This document shows positions 11,059 through 20,923 of a stretch of 64,000 nucleotides of DNA, one piece after another. Within the stretch, counting starts at the first letter, position 1. Each line of letters begins with the position of its first letter. The notes under the pieces were generated by a model, which saw only the letters and a program-made list of their open reading frames with translations, did not search any database and had not been told where the DNA came from. A program made the position numbers and the translations under genes. The DNA lies in sequence record MH752840.1. One strand, given 5' to 3'. This DNA comes from Escherichia phage vB_EcoM-Pr121LW.

Positions 11059-11180
11059 CGTTTCAGGTCAAGGTAAGAACGTAACATTCTTCTTTAAACT
11101 GAACGGTACTCGTGCCAACTCCCAACTAAATGCGTGGATAGCTGGTCATCAACTCCTTGCTGGCAAGAAGTACGGGAACG
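10927..11180 (+). repeat. perfect 127-bp direct tandem duplication (copy 1 10927-11053, copy 2 11054-11180)
   Basis: Both copies identical base for base when read from the sequence; 127 is 1 mod 3 so the downstream reading frame shifts. Confidence 0.9.
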
Positions 11181-11365
11181 CCAACGATGGCATGTGTGCA
11201 ATTGGGATAACAGGTCTAGGTGAACAAACTATAGACATTATTATTGAAATCTACACCCCGTGGTCAACGTCAAACGTGACAGGTGTCACAATCTCCTGTC
11301 CCACTGTGATCGTTAGTCGTTCTAACTCAAGCTTCCAGGGACCTTGGAACGAGTCTCACGACTAA
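11054..11365 (+). other. displaced C-terminal coding segment of the J-like gene (+1 frame relative to 7639 ORF)
   Basis: Copy 2 is read in the same codon phase as copy 1 and continues 61 codons to a stop at 11365; deleting one copy fuses 7639..11365 into one ORF of about 1200 codons. Confidence 0.6.
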
Positions 11366-11372
11366 CCTTTAA

Positions 11373-11400
11373 AGCCCCGCTTCGGCGGGGTTTATTTTTA
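11373..11400 (+). terminator. rho-independent terminator
   Basis: ccccgcttcggcgggg hairpin followed by tttattttt. Confidence 0.75.
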
Positions 11401-11408
11401 TGCTCAGA

Positions 11409-11437
11409 TTGACTATTGTTACAAAATTTGGTAAAAT
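11409..11437 (+). promoter_or_regulatory. sigma70-type promoter (TTGACT-17-TAAAAT)
   Basis: Hexamers with 17-nt spacer; same core as promoter at 6011. Confidence 0.55.
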
Positions 11438-11470
11438 ACCTTGTAGAGATTTTCATACCGGAGGAGTGAC

Positions 11471-12961
11471 GTGGCTAAGTATGGATTGACAGAGGCTGGT
11501 TTCGTTATACCAACCCTAAATGACCTAATCGTTGAAACTAAGCAAAGCCTGATCCGTGCTTTTGGCGAAAACTTCAACGTACAGAGTAACTCCGTTGCAG
11601 ATAAGCTGACCACTATCTTCAACGAGCGAGAGTATCAACTTATTCTTATGGCAGCATCTGTATACGCATCACAGACGCTGTATGGGGCAGAAGGTATTTA
11701 CCTAGACGAACTTCTTGGAAGACGGGGTATTTACCGAAGAGGCCGTTCTAAATCATCAGGTACCTGCCAGTTGACGATCAACACAACTGTTCCGTACAAT
11801 ATGATTTACGATTCCAAAACTTATACGTTGGATAGTGGCAACTTTGTTCTTAGCAATGATGTGCAAGTAGCAGGGAATCTTATTGCTCACAGAATAAATG
11901 CTCCAGACCTAAGGATTGGTAAATACAACTTTCAAATTACCAACCAGACAGATGGAAGTATCAAAACAAAAAGTCTGGTTTTAACAGATAAGGCTCTGGA
12001 CTCTTCTGATCTGCCAAGCTTTTACGGAGAGATTAAGCAATTCATTGTCGATAATACAACTCTGTTGAACGACGATTTGATTCAGATCGATATGTTGACA
12101 GGAACGTTGTGGATAGGGTACAATTCGAATCTTGACCAAGTTGGACTTAATAGTAGGGTAGATTTCAGAGTATCCCCGATTGTAGGGGAAAGAACTATCA
12201 CCCTAGATGTTATCGCTAACGAGGCTGGTGAGCTGTCAAGAGAGGCAGAAACCGTGACAACAATGTCACCTACTCCCAGTGGATTTATCAAGCTTACCAA
12301 CCGAGAAAGATTCAATGAGGGAAGGGATGTTGAGAAAGACTCAGAGTACCGCTTAAGAGCTTCCAGCACAAAACAGTTAACATCTAAGGCTACCCGTCCT
12401 GCAATCCTTAGCGCTGTAAGCGAGGTGAAAGGTGTTGAGAAAGTGAGAGTGTTCTCTAACAATACCGATAAAACTGATGCTAAAGGTATACCTCCTTACA
12501 AGTTCCAAGTGGTTGTGTTTGGTGGTGCAACAGAGGACATTTGCCAAGCACTTTACCAAACTATAGCCTGTACGAACAGGACTTATGGTAATATTTTCTA
12601 CGATGTAACTACATCTGACGGTCAAACTGAAAGAATTTATTATTCCAAGGCAAATACCTACCGCCTGGATGTAAGAATTACCTACTCCGGTGCTGCGCTT
12701 TCCACAACCGAAAAAGATGCCATTGTAGAGGCTCTTTTGCAGGTTGTTAACGGACTGGATGTTGCAGATACGTTGTACAATATCCAATTGGTCGGTGCTG
12801 CATCTGCTGCTGTGTCGATAGGTAGATTTAATAGACTGGTAATTCAAGTTAAACCTGTGGGTGCTTCTGATGAAGCTTACACTGCAAACGATATTGTTGC
12901 AAACATGACCGAGGTGTTTGACCTCGATGAAAGTAATATAACTTTCCAACAAACTATTTAG
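11471..12961 (+). CDS. tail/baseplate structural protein
   Basis: 496-aa ORF, GTG start after RBS ggaggag, behind terminator and promoter; late-module context. Confidence 0.5.
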   Translation: MAKYGLTEAGFVIPTLNDLIVETKQSLIRAFGENFNVQSNSVADKLTTIFNEREYQLILMAASVYASQTLYGAEGIYLDELLGRRGIYRRGRSKSSGTCQLTINTTVPYNMIYDSKTYTLDSGNFVLSNDVQVAGNLIAHRINAPDLRIGKYNFQITNQTDGSIKTKSLVLTDKALDSSDLPSFYGEIKQFIVDNTTLLNDDLIQIDMLTGTLWIGYNSNLDQVGLNSRVDFRVSPIVGERTITLDVIANEAGELSREAETVTTMSPTPSGFIKLTNRERFNEGRDVEKDSEYRLRASSTKQLTSKATRPAILSAVSEVKGVEKVRVFSNNTDKTDAKGIPPYKFQVVVFGGATEDICQALYQTIACTNRTYGNIFYDVTTSDGQTERIYYSKANTYRLDVRITYSGAALSTTEKDAIVEALLQVVNGLDVADTLYNIQLVGAASAAVSIGRFNRLVIQVKPVGASDEAYTANDIVANMTEVFDLDESNITFQQTI

Positions 12962-12972
12962 GGCGGTGAGAT

Positions 12973-13659
12973 ATGGCAGAGATTAAGTCGGATGTTAACC
13001 ACATCCACACTCTGCCAGATTTTGTTCAGGGGGGTCTTGACTACCTGCCTGGAGATTTTCTGGCTGAGAAGGTTAATTTAGTCACATTCTTAACCGTGTA
13101 CCTTAAAAGGTTGGAGGATGTTGATAAGATGCTGGTAGGTTTGGCTGAAGGAAGATTGCTTAACAATGCCAGCGGAAGATACCTTGACGAAGTTGGTAAT
13201 CAACTCGGTATTCTTAGGAATGGACTTTCAGATGCTGATTTTCGTGCCACACTAATTATTCAGCAGGCCGCAGCATCAAGGGGCGGGACTCGCGAAGATG
13301 TCATCTCCACCTTGCGACAATTGTTCGGAAGAGACAATTTCGATACGTGGAAAGGAGACAACTTCAGGTTTGACATAAATATTAGAAAAACTTGCTTTGA
13401 CATATTGCAGTCTATTGATCAGATCTTAGACATGCTACCACTGCCTTGTCATTTGCGTCTTACAGAATCGCAAGGGCAAGCTTTTGGTTTTGAAGGTGAC
13501 TCTACAGCTCTTGGCTTCGGATCAGTGTGGGAAGAAAACCAATTCGGAGTTGGTGGGCTGGCTACTTTGCTGTATGTTCCTGACGTAAGACCTGATTGGG
13601 ACACCACAACCATTTATTGTGAAAGCATTACAGTAAACGCAACTAGACAGGAGGGTTAA
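12973..13659 (+). CDS. structural protein (tail-associated)
   Basis: 228-aa ORF, RBS ggtgag, tightly packed in late operon. Confidence 0.45.
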   Translation: MAEIKSDVNHIHTLPDFVQGGLDYLPGDFLAEKVNLVTFLTVYLKRLEDVDKMLVGLAEGRLLNNASGRYLDEVGNQLGILRNGLSDADFRATLIIQQAAASRGGTREDVISTLRQLFGRDNFDTWKGDNFRFDINIRKTCFDILQSIDQILDMLPLPCHLRLTESQGQAFGFEGDSTALGFGSVWEENQFGVGGLATLLYVPDVRPDWDTTTIYCESITVNATRQEG

Positions 13660-15731
13660 TGGCAACAGCTGTTTTTAAACCTTACCGTGATTACTCTACA
13701 ATGGCTGCACGGTTTCATTACCGCACAGTTCAGGATACTGCCGTTCCTGGTAGGGATTATGATCATGTTGAGGGCGATATAACTATCCCAGTTGGGGCAA
13801 CCAGTATTGAGATTCCAGTGGAAATTGTTGACAAATTACCCAACAGGTTACCAAGAAGCTTCTTTATGGAGTTTTCATCAAAATCTCAAGGGGTGATGAT
13901 TGGAACACAAAGGGCGAAATGCACAATAGTTTCAGATGAGAATCTTGACAGGATATCTTGGGATACTGTCGAGGAGAGAATGTTTCACCCAAGATATTGG
14001 GTTACAACTACTCAGCAGACTGAAAGTACCTGTATTGTTGCAGATGACAACTGTTGTATTAACCGTTTAGTGTCAAGAACATATGGAGGTATGGCTGGGT
14101 GCATTTGGGAAACAGTTGACAAGTATGACCATTTCGGTATTGGGTTTGATGATCACTATGAGATGAGAAACACCAAGCTTTGGTTCAGAATGTCAATAAC
14201 CAATGCCAGCAACTTCTCCACTCCTGAAAAGATGATTATGACTGTAGACCTTGTTGATGGTACAATCATCTATGTTCCTTTAGCTCAATATGCTGTCAGC
14301 ATCTCAGAGGATAAGAATGTTGCAGAGATTCATATTGATTTCGAGGACTGCGTCGGGATGGATCAGAACAACAACATGATGGGTGTTGATCCTCGACAGG
14401 TGAGAAGAATTTTAATACCGCTTATGCCTAAAGACTGGGTAAGTAATAGCACAGACCCGAGAACGGAAAATGTAGAGTGTGAGTTGCGCCTAGATCTGCT
14501 TCAGCCAGACACGGGCTGGAAAATGATGCAACTTAACAATATTCAGGTTAAAGAGCACGACGTTGGGATCTGCACCGCATATGACGATATGTGGAACGTA
14601 TCTCCTTTAAGGGTGTTGAACAATATCAAGCGTCTGGGCTATACCGGAACCATAAACCATTATGTTGGTATGAGTCATTATTATGACTACACATGGTCAG
14701 GAACCCAATGGTCTATAAACAGAACAGGGGCGCTAAACGCTGCAGCTTATAAATGGCATGATGATTTTATGTACAATGCCAAACGACATAACTTCGACGT
14801 TATGCAGTCTGTAAGTTTTGAGCTTTACAGCGATGCCTGCCCGTTGGAATGGACCCAAAGAGACTGGAATGATAACTACGCTAAAACAGGATATACACCT
14901 TGTAGCTACCTCCTGTCTCCAACCATTGAAGAGGGTATGAATTTCCTTACTGCAGTATTTAAGAATTTTGCATCAGCCGCTATGAGAAACAACCTGCCAG
15001 TGATTATGCAGGTTGGTGAACCGTGGTGGTGGTACAATACCGATACTCGTAGACCTTGTATTTATGATTACCCTACAAAACAGGCGTTTTATGATGAGAC
15101 AGGCGAGTATGCCTTAGATATTGGGACTATTGACGATCCTAAAACTGGAGGTGTTTACGACAAGTATGTAGCATTTTGTCGTGGTAAGCTTGGCGCTCGT
15201 ATTGCGGCTATTTCAAAGGCAATAAAGGCGCATGCTGCATCAGCTAAGATGACAGCTCTGCTGTTTTTCCCAACCATTATGGAAACCGAACTTACGCAAA
15301 AGCTTAACCTTGCTGACCAATATAAAAAAGAAGCAGGTGCTCTTGATTTCTTCTGCACTGAGTGCTACGATTGGGTGATGCAGGGAGGTATTGAAAAGGC
15401 AAAAGAGTCTGTAAACATACCTATCGTTAAGTTAGGTTGGCAACCGTCTGAAATACAATACCTTGCAGGGTTCGTTCCTAGTAAAGAGCTTGCTCCGGTA
15501 TATGGATACGACCCAACTAGGAATTACCAAGAATTTTTATGGAGATGTATTTGCGGAAACATGGCAACTATAGAGTATAGATACCCTGAGGTAAAACAGT
15601 ATGTGTGGGCATACCCGCAAGTAATGTCTGACAGCATCACTGTTACCGCTAGAGATTCTACCGTGCTTCATATGGGGCAGGTTGCTCTGAAAGGGTATGT
15701 AGAAGATGTTGTCCCGCCAGACTTCTCATAA
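13659..15731 (+). CDS. structural protein with Calx-beta-like motif
   Basis: 690 aa; N-terminal DTAVPGRDYDHVEGDITIPVGATSIEIPVEIVD resembles Calx-beta repeat; start overlaps upstream stop. Confidence 0.5.
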   Translation: MATAVFKPYRDYSTMAARFHYRTVQDTAVPGRDYDHVEGDITIPVGATSIEIPVEIVDKLPNRLPRSFFMEFSSKSQGVMIGTQRAKCTIVSDENLDRISWDTVEERMFHPRYWVTTTQQTESTCIVADDNCCINRLVSRTYGGMAGCIWETVDKYDHFGIGFDDHYEMRNTKLWFRMSITNASNFSTPEKMIMTVDLVDGTIIYVPLAQYAVSISEDKNVAEIHIDFEDCVGMDQNNNMMGVDPRQVRRILIPLMPKDWVSNSTDPRTENVECELRLDLLQPDTGWKMMQLNNIQVKEHDVGICTAYDDMWNVSPLRVLNNIKRLGYTGTINHYVGMSHYYDYTWSGTQWSINRTGALNAAAYKWHDDFMYNAKRHNFDVMQSVSFELYSDACPLEWTQRDWNDNYAKTGYTPCSYLLSPTIEEGMNFLTAVFKNFASAAMRNNLPVIMQVGEPWWWYNTDTRRPCIYDYPTKQAFYDETGEYALDIGTIDDPKTGGVYDKYVAFCRGKLGARIAAISKAIKAHAASAKMTALLFFPTIMETELTQKLNLADQYKKEAGALDFFCTECYDWVMQGGIEKAKESVNIPIVKLGWQPSEIQYLAGFVPSKELAPVYGYDPTRNYQEFLWRCICGNMATIEYRYPEVKQYVWAYPQVMSDSITVTARDSTVLHMGQVALKGYVEDVVPPDFS

Positions 15732-15743
15732 TCAGGAGATAAA

Positions 15744-16784
15744 ATGTCAAAACCTAGTTTTCCATTAGAGATTTGGGCAGAGGAGGATCAGGTTCTGCCT
15801 AACACCCACAGACAGAACAGGCTACGCCCGATTGATGATTTGTGGAGAAAAGGTTGGGATCTTGGTCAAAAGCCCTCATGTGAAGAACTTAACTATATTT
15901 TCAATATGCTCGGAACTTGGGCAAAATATATTGCTGACGAGCAGATCCCCGCTCAAGAAGGCCGTTATCTGGTACGCGATAATAACTTGAGTGATCTTTT
16001 GAACATTCCTGTTGCCCGTAGAAACCTTGGGATTATTACTAAGGAAGAGGCAGACGCCAGGTATGTAAAAGTTACAGGTGATACAATGACAGGCCCACTG
16101 GGTTTGCAACGTATCAACTTTAAAGCTGCCGAGACAGATAAGGCTTGGATAGAGACAACTATTGGCCCAGATAAGACAACTCTCGACTTTGGGTTAAGTG
16201 ATAATACCGGGTCGTTTGATGATGGTGGTACATCTACAGTAGATGCGTTTCGTTGGAGATTCCAGCCAACTCAACCGGATATCAATCCGGAGTTCACTTT
16301 GATGTACCTTAACGCGATCACGGCTAACCGTGCGCTGTTGAAAGTGATAGGCAATGTTGAAGTTGTCGATAACATGAGGTGCAATAACCTTACTATCAGC
16401 AATACAGCAACATTCACCAACTGTAATGTGGCTAGTCAGTTGACGGCTGGGTCAGTGTATGTTAATGGTGGTACAAGTTGTGACAGTATGGTTGTAAGAA
16501 GTCAGCACTGTGTTGTCGGTAACAGAAATGTGGTGCGCTCTGTGAATGGAGTGACGGCTAACGGTAACGGTGATGTAACAATCACTATCCCGCAGACAGG
16601 TGTGCAAGACATCAGAATCGGTGCAAGACTTGTTGACGGCGTTTCTGAATCTCCAATTCGCAACGGCTACGTTGTCACAGGCTGGCATTTCGGTGACAAA
16701 AAAGAGATGCGTGGTTCAACCTACTGGGCAGGACCTTTACAAAAACTTGTAAATGGTCAATGGATCACTGTTAATTATGCATAG
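15744..16784 (+). CDS. tail fibre protein (paralog 1)
   Basis: 346 aa; paralog of 17799..18842 along full length; followed by Tfa chaperone gene. Confidence 0.6.
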   Translation: MSKPSFPLEIWAEEDQVLPNTHRQNRLRPIDDLWRKGWDLGQKPSCEELNYIFNMLGTWAKYIADEQIPAQEGRYLVRDNNLSDLLNIPVARRNLGIITKEEADARYVKVTGDTMTGPLGLQRINFKAAETDKAWIETTIGPDKTTLDFGLSDNTGSFDDGGTSTVDAFRWRFQPTQPDINPEFTLMYLNAITANRALLKVIGNVEVVDNMRCNNLTISNTATFTNCNVASQLTAGSVYVNGGTSCDSMVVRSQHCVVGNRNVVRSVNGVTANGNGDVTITIPQTGVQDIRIGARLVDGVSESPIRNGYVVTGWHFGDKKEMRGSTYWAGPLQKLVNGQWITVNYA

Positions 16785-16798
16785 ATCGGAGGACTAGC

Positions 16799-17383
16799 AT
16801 GAAAATACTTCAAGAGTTTAAACTTTACCAACCGGGATCTGGCGAATACCACCCTAACAAGGGAACCAAGGAGCTGACCCCTCAAGAGGTTGAGGATTAC
16901 ACCGCATACACTGGGTATTTTTTACGTAATGATGATGGCGATTGGTATGTGCAGTCACGAACATTGCGACAAGAAAATCCGGGTTGTATCTTCCTACTTG
17001 TTGACGAGAAGGGAATTCTTAAGACATCTACAGAAGAACCTGATGCCCTATGGCCTGCTCCAGGTCTTCGTGTGGTTATCGCCAAAAAAGAAGAGGTACC
17101 AGAAAACATTATGCTTCACCACGACGCTTTGCGTTTAGTTGGTGATGAATTTGTCACAGACAATGAATTCTTTGTTCAACAGGCAGAGGGTGTCATAGAG
17201 ACAGAACTTGCTTGGGCTACTGCTAGAATTGGTGCCTATCAAGACATGATTGACCTTGAATATGATCTTACTGATGACCAGAAACGTAACATCAGAGATT
17301 TGAAAATGTACAGGGTAAAACTTCTTGAAATAGATACATCTAAAGCCCCTGACATTTTCTTCCCGGAGCGACCTACCCTCTAA
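16799..17383 (+). CDS. tail fibre assembly protein (Tfa-like chaperone)
   Basis: C-terminus KMYRVKLLEIDTSKAPDIFFPERP matches conserved Tfa motif (lambda Tfa ...YRVLLNRVDTSTAPDIEWP). Confidence 0.7.
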   Translation: MKILQEFKLYQPGSGEYHPNKGTKELTPQEVEDYTAYTGYFLRNDDGDWYVQSRTLRQENPGCIFLLVDEKGILKTSTEEPDALWPAPGLRVVIAKKEEVPENIMLHHDALRLVGDEFVTDNEFFVQQAEGVIETELAWATARIGAYQDMIDLEYDLTDDQKRNIRDLKMYRVKLLEIDTSKAPDIFFPERPTL

Positions 17384-17394
17384 GAGGAGGTGTT

Positions 17395-17709
17395 GTGGAG
17401 TTGGATTTGGCGGCATTGTACGGTATCTGCATGGGTACCGTTGTCCCGATCTGTGTATGGGCTTTCAACCAGTGGCACACCAAATGGAAAGGCATTTCCA
17501 AGAGGTTGGATGAACTGGAGAAAGACCTCATCTTAGTGAAAAACAGTATGGTTACAAAAGATAAACTTGATTCCGTTATCGAGACCCGGTTAAGCAAGCT
17601 AGAGGCCGATATTAACGACCTTAAGCAGGATGTCAGGACAGATGTCTCCGGTATCCGAGCTGATGTACAAAAGATTTTGCACATGCTCGTAGAGCATAGT
17701 AAAAGGTAA
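17395..17709 (+). CDS. membrane-anchored coiled-coil protein (i-spanin-like or fibre-associated)
   Basis: GTG start with RBS gaggagg; N-terminal TM helix LAALYGICMGTVVPICVWAF followed by heptad-rich helix. Confidence 0.4.
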   Translation: MELDLAALYGICMGTVVPICVWAFNQWHTKWKGISKRLDELEKDLILVKNSMVTKDKLDSVIETRLSKLEADINDLKQDVRTDVSGIRADVQKILHMLVEHSKR

Positions 17710-17798
17710 ACAAAGGTCAGGACGGAAAGGACTCCGTTCTTGCATTTTGTTCACTAAAGTGTTAAAATAGTCCTAAGGAATTTTCTCAGGAGAACGTG

Positions 17799-18842
17799 AT
17801 GACTAAACCAGTTATCCCTCTTGATATTTGGGCCAATCAGGATGTTGTGCTTGAAAATACGGGAGAATTGAATAAGTCCCAACCAAAAAAAGAAGAGAGA
17901 CTGAAAGGTTGGGATATGACACAAAGAGTGGCATGTGAAGTTGTTAACTTTGAACTTCACATGCTTTCTGCGTGGTTAAAGCATTTAACAGAAGATGTTG
18001 TCCCAGGATGGGATAATAGATTCTTAAGGGTCACTAATAATCTGGCAGACGTTCCAGACAAAGCTGCTGCACGTCAAGTTCTCAATGTATACTCGCCTGA
18101 AGAAATGGATGACCTTTATGTTGACAAGGCTGGAGACACAATGATCCAGACTCAAACTTTAGGTCTTCAAAGAATCGAGTTTGCATCCGCGTCAACAGAC
18201 AATGCGGCGATATACACCACCATAACTTCAGACAAGACGATGATGGATTTCTGGATTATGGACAACATCGGTGGTGCTGACGGCACAGACCTTGATGATC
18301 CCTCTCACCAAATAGACGGTTTCCGTTGGAGATTTCAACCTTCTGGTGGGCAGCCTGTGTTTTCAGCTATGAAGCTCAATGCTATAACTGCCAACCGTGC
18401 AAGACTGGCTATCCAAGGAAATCTTGAATGCAACGACGCAAAAAGTTCCTCTACAAATGCCAATGCAGCTACTATACCAAGAGCCACTGTTAATGGACAA
18501 CAATCCTGTGGAAGCGCTCAAATAGGTGGAAGAGTTGATTGCAACGATGAAACCGTCAGGGGCCAATATGCAACAGTTGGTGGAAGAAACGTGGTCCGCA
18601 GGGTAAATGGTAACAGCGCAGACGGTAGTGGTAACCTTACTATCCCTATGCCCAGCAGAGGGGTTGATGATGTGAGGATAGCAAACCGTTTCAAAACCAC
18701 CTACAGAGAGTCAAGAGTCTACCCTGGACATGTGATGTGCTCGGGTAACTACGCTTATAAACACCCTTATCAAGGTGATTACTGGACAGGTGCTATCCAA
18801 AAACTTGTAAATGGTCAATGGATCACTATATCTTATGCTTAA
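17799..18842 (+). CDS. tail fibre protein (paralog 2)
   Basis: 347 aa from ATG 17799; N-terminus TKPVIPLDIWANQD and C-terminus QKLVNGQWITISYA parallel paralog 1; last 30 nt before the final codons identical to 16741-16770. Confidence 0.6.
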   Translation: MTKPVIPLDIWANQDVVLENTGELNKSQPKKEERLKGWDMTQRVACEVVNFELHMLSAWLKHLTEDVVPGWDNRFLRVTNNLADVPDKAAARQVLNVYSPEEMDDLYVDKAGDTMIQTQTLGLQRIEFASASTDNAAIYTTITSDKTMMDFWIMDNIGGADGTDLDDPSHQIDGFRWRFQPSGGQPVFSAMKLNAITANRARLAIQGNLECNDAKSSSTNANAATIPRATVNGQQSCGSAQIGGRVDCNDETVRGQYATVGGRNVVRRVNGNSADGSGNLTIPMPSRGVDDVRIANRFKTTYRESRVYPGHVMCSGNYAYKHPYQGDYWTGAIQKLVNGQWITISYA

Positions 18843-18853
18843 AAAGAGGGTAA

Positions 18854-19120
18854 ATGAAACTAACTCAGTTTTTATGGGGACTGGTTGCGGCATCTGATGA
18901 CCCTACGAAAGTGTCCCAATCTAAGCTATGGTCAAACATAGGTATGGCGGTGATGACTGGGGTGTTTATTCATATGGGGTATAATGATACGCTTCCTGAA
19001 TGGTATGCGTGGATATATGCGCCTTCGGTAGCTTGCCCCCAGCTTATTAGCAAATTCATCTCGCTCCGGTGGGGTTGCCAGCACCCTGACCACGTTAAAA
19101 ACGAAGAGCAAAAAGCTTAA
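18854..19120 (+). CDS. small membrane protein
   Basis: 88 aa, hydrophobic segment IGMAVMTGVFIHMGY; RBS agagggtaaATG. Confidence 0.4.
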   Translation: MKLTQFLWGLVAASDDPTKVSQSKLWSNIGMAVMTGVFIHMGYNDTLPEWYAWIYAPSVACPQLISKFISLRWGCQHPDHVKNEEQKA

Positions 19121-19129
19121 GGAGAGATC

Positions 19130-20875
19130 ATGGCGCAAGACATGACAAGCTTTGAGCAGGCGGTAGATCAAGTAATTGTTGATTCTGAACGTTTGCACCT
19201 GATTGTCAACGGTAACGCTGTGGATGAGGTTGTCGTAGAGGATGGGACCACCATCCCTACGGTACGAAAAGCCATGCTTGACACCCTTTATTTTAAAACG
19301 CCGCCGATCCCTTGGGCGTATGGTGCATCCACAACAGTTTTTAACCAGCTATATGAGTTTAAAGGGGACACAGGGCCCCAGTGGTGGTACGCTCCCGCAG
19401 CATCAAAATCTAACCCGGTTAGAATGCCAGCAGATCCTTCACAATCCCCAAACTGGAGATTATATACTGACTCTGCAGTAATGGCAAAATACTACGCAAA
19501 ACTTAACAGCCCAAGGTTCGAAGGTGACCCGCGAGCACCTACACCCCCAATGGACGATAAGTCAGAGTCTATAGCAAACACAGAGTTTGTTGTTGACTAT
19601 GTTGATAGCATATTTAAAGCCATGGAGGGGATGAAAGTTACTGTAGGATCTTTGGTGGTAAAAGGTCTTACAGAACTCGCTAACACCATAGTTGGTGGCA
19701 CCCTTACCTTACATGGACCTGTTAATGGGGCAGATTCTACTGCACGCTTTAGGAATCTAATCCTCACGGCAAATACTTCTACACTTACTTTTGCGTGGAG
19801 CGATCCTAAGCATGCAGACTGGAGAAGTACAGAGCTGCAACCTCATGAAGTGTCCACCCACAGGGTTATAGCTGACACTATAACTTCTGGGAAACCAGTG
19901 GCTAATAATAACGATGTACATTTTGATGGTCTGGGTAATAACTTTTTTGACTACGTGTACATTCGTGGTAATGCCATGAAGGCAGCAACCGAACCGACAT
20001 TGCAGGTCGATGGGACCACCAGGGTTAAGAACCTTGAGGTGACAGGTACCGTTACAGGGATAACCTACTCTGTTGATGGCACCATGATCTACCCTAGCTA
20101 TATCGAAAGCACGGGTGATGCATTGATAAATGGCGATTTGGAGGTTGGCGGGTCTGTAGTTATTCGAGGTACAGCCTCTATCCAAAATATAGCTCTGAAT
20201 ACTCTAAGGGTCAATGAGCGTGCAACTTTTGAAGGAGAAGGGCTTACAGCCAATAAAGGTACAATTACCGAGCTGACCTCCACCACTTTGACTGCAACAA
20301 CTGCAAACTCTGAAAACTGCAACATTACCAGAAACTTGCAGGTAAATGGAGATGTTAGTTTAAACGCCGCAGGGACTGGCACCACCTACCTTCACAATCT
20401 TGAAATATCCGGCACAGTGACCGGGTGGCTGCCAGACTTCTCTAATGTCAACTTTGTCTGTAATGGTATTAACTCCAGTGGTAAGATAACCACCTCTCAA
20501 GAAATTGAGGCTGGTAAAACCATCACTGCCCCTACTTTCCACGCAGGGAAGGTAGATTTCGATTTAGAGGAGGTTGACGCGTCCAGTGGGACATGGACAC
20601 CTAACGGGCAGGCCAGTATGTATGTTGTCCACGCTAAAGGGGATTTTACAATAGGGCAGTGGCCTGGGACATCAGCGGAAGATAAACCTTATCCATTTAC
20701 TGCGGTTATCTATGTAATTCAGGATGCTGTAGGTCACAACGTGACTTTGCACGATAAGTATGCTATCCTGTCGGCAACACCTGTTATTAACAACAAGGCT
20801 AACAGTGTTACCTTGCTGCAATTAACGTATTGTGGTGTTGGTGATATCGTAGATGTAGTAATTGCACAACGTTAA
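19130..20875 (+). CDS. tail fibre/tailspike-like protein
   Basis: 581 aa, RBS aaggagagatcATG, late-module position; repetitive Gly/Thr-rich beta-like sequence; terminator follows. Confidence 0.5.
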   Translation: MAQDMTSFEQAVDQVIVDSERLHLIVNGNAVDEVVVEDGTTIPTVRKAMLDTLYFKTPPIPWAYGASTTVFNQLYEFKGDTGPQWWYAPAASKSNPVRMPADPSQSPNWRLYTDSAVMAKYYAKLNSPRFEGDPRAPTPPMDDKSESIANTEFVVDYVDSIFKAMEGMKVTVGSLVVKGLTELANTIVGGTLTLHGPVNGADSTARFRNLILTANTSTLTFAWSDPKHADWRSTELQPHEVSTHRVIADTITSGKPVANNNDVHFDGLGNNFFDYVYIRGNAMKAATEPTLQVDGTTRVKNLEVTGTVTGITYSVDGTMIYPSYIESTGDALINGDLEVGGSVVIRGTASIQNIALNTLRVNERATFEGEGLTANKGTITELTSTTLTATTANSENCNITRNLQVNGDVSLNAAGTGTTYLHNLEISGTVTGWLPDFSNVNFVCNGINSSGKITTSQEIEAGKTITAPTFHAGKVDFDLEEVDASSGTWTPNGQASMYVVHAKGDFTIGQWPGTSAEDKPYPFTAVIYVIQDAVGHNVTLHDKYAILSATPVINNKANSVTLLQLTYCGVGDIVDVVIAQR

Positions 20876-20883
20876 TATATCTA

Positions 20884-20910
20884 ACCGCTCCTGACGGGGC
20901 GGTTTTCTTA
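20884..20910 (+). terminator. rho-independent terminator
   Basis: accgctcctgacggggcggt hairpin followed by tttt. Confidence 0.65.
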
Positions 20911-20923
20911 TCTGGAGAACACA

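Noticed and set aside
10927-11180. Possible CRISPR repeats or a diversity-generating retroelement template/variable repeat pair
   Set aside because: Only two copies, directly abutting with no spacers, 100 percent identical (DGR pairs differ at adenines), and no reverse transcriptase gene in the window.
11030-11365. Track ORF of 111 aa that looks like a separate gene after the J-like ORF
   Set aside because: It begins with a TTG inside copy 1 of the 127-bp duplication and is the frameshifted continuation of the J-like gene, not an independent gene.
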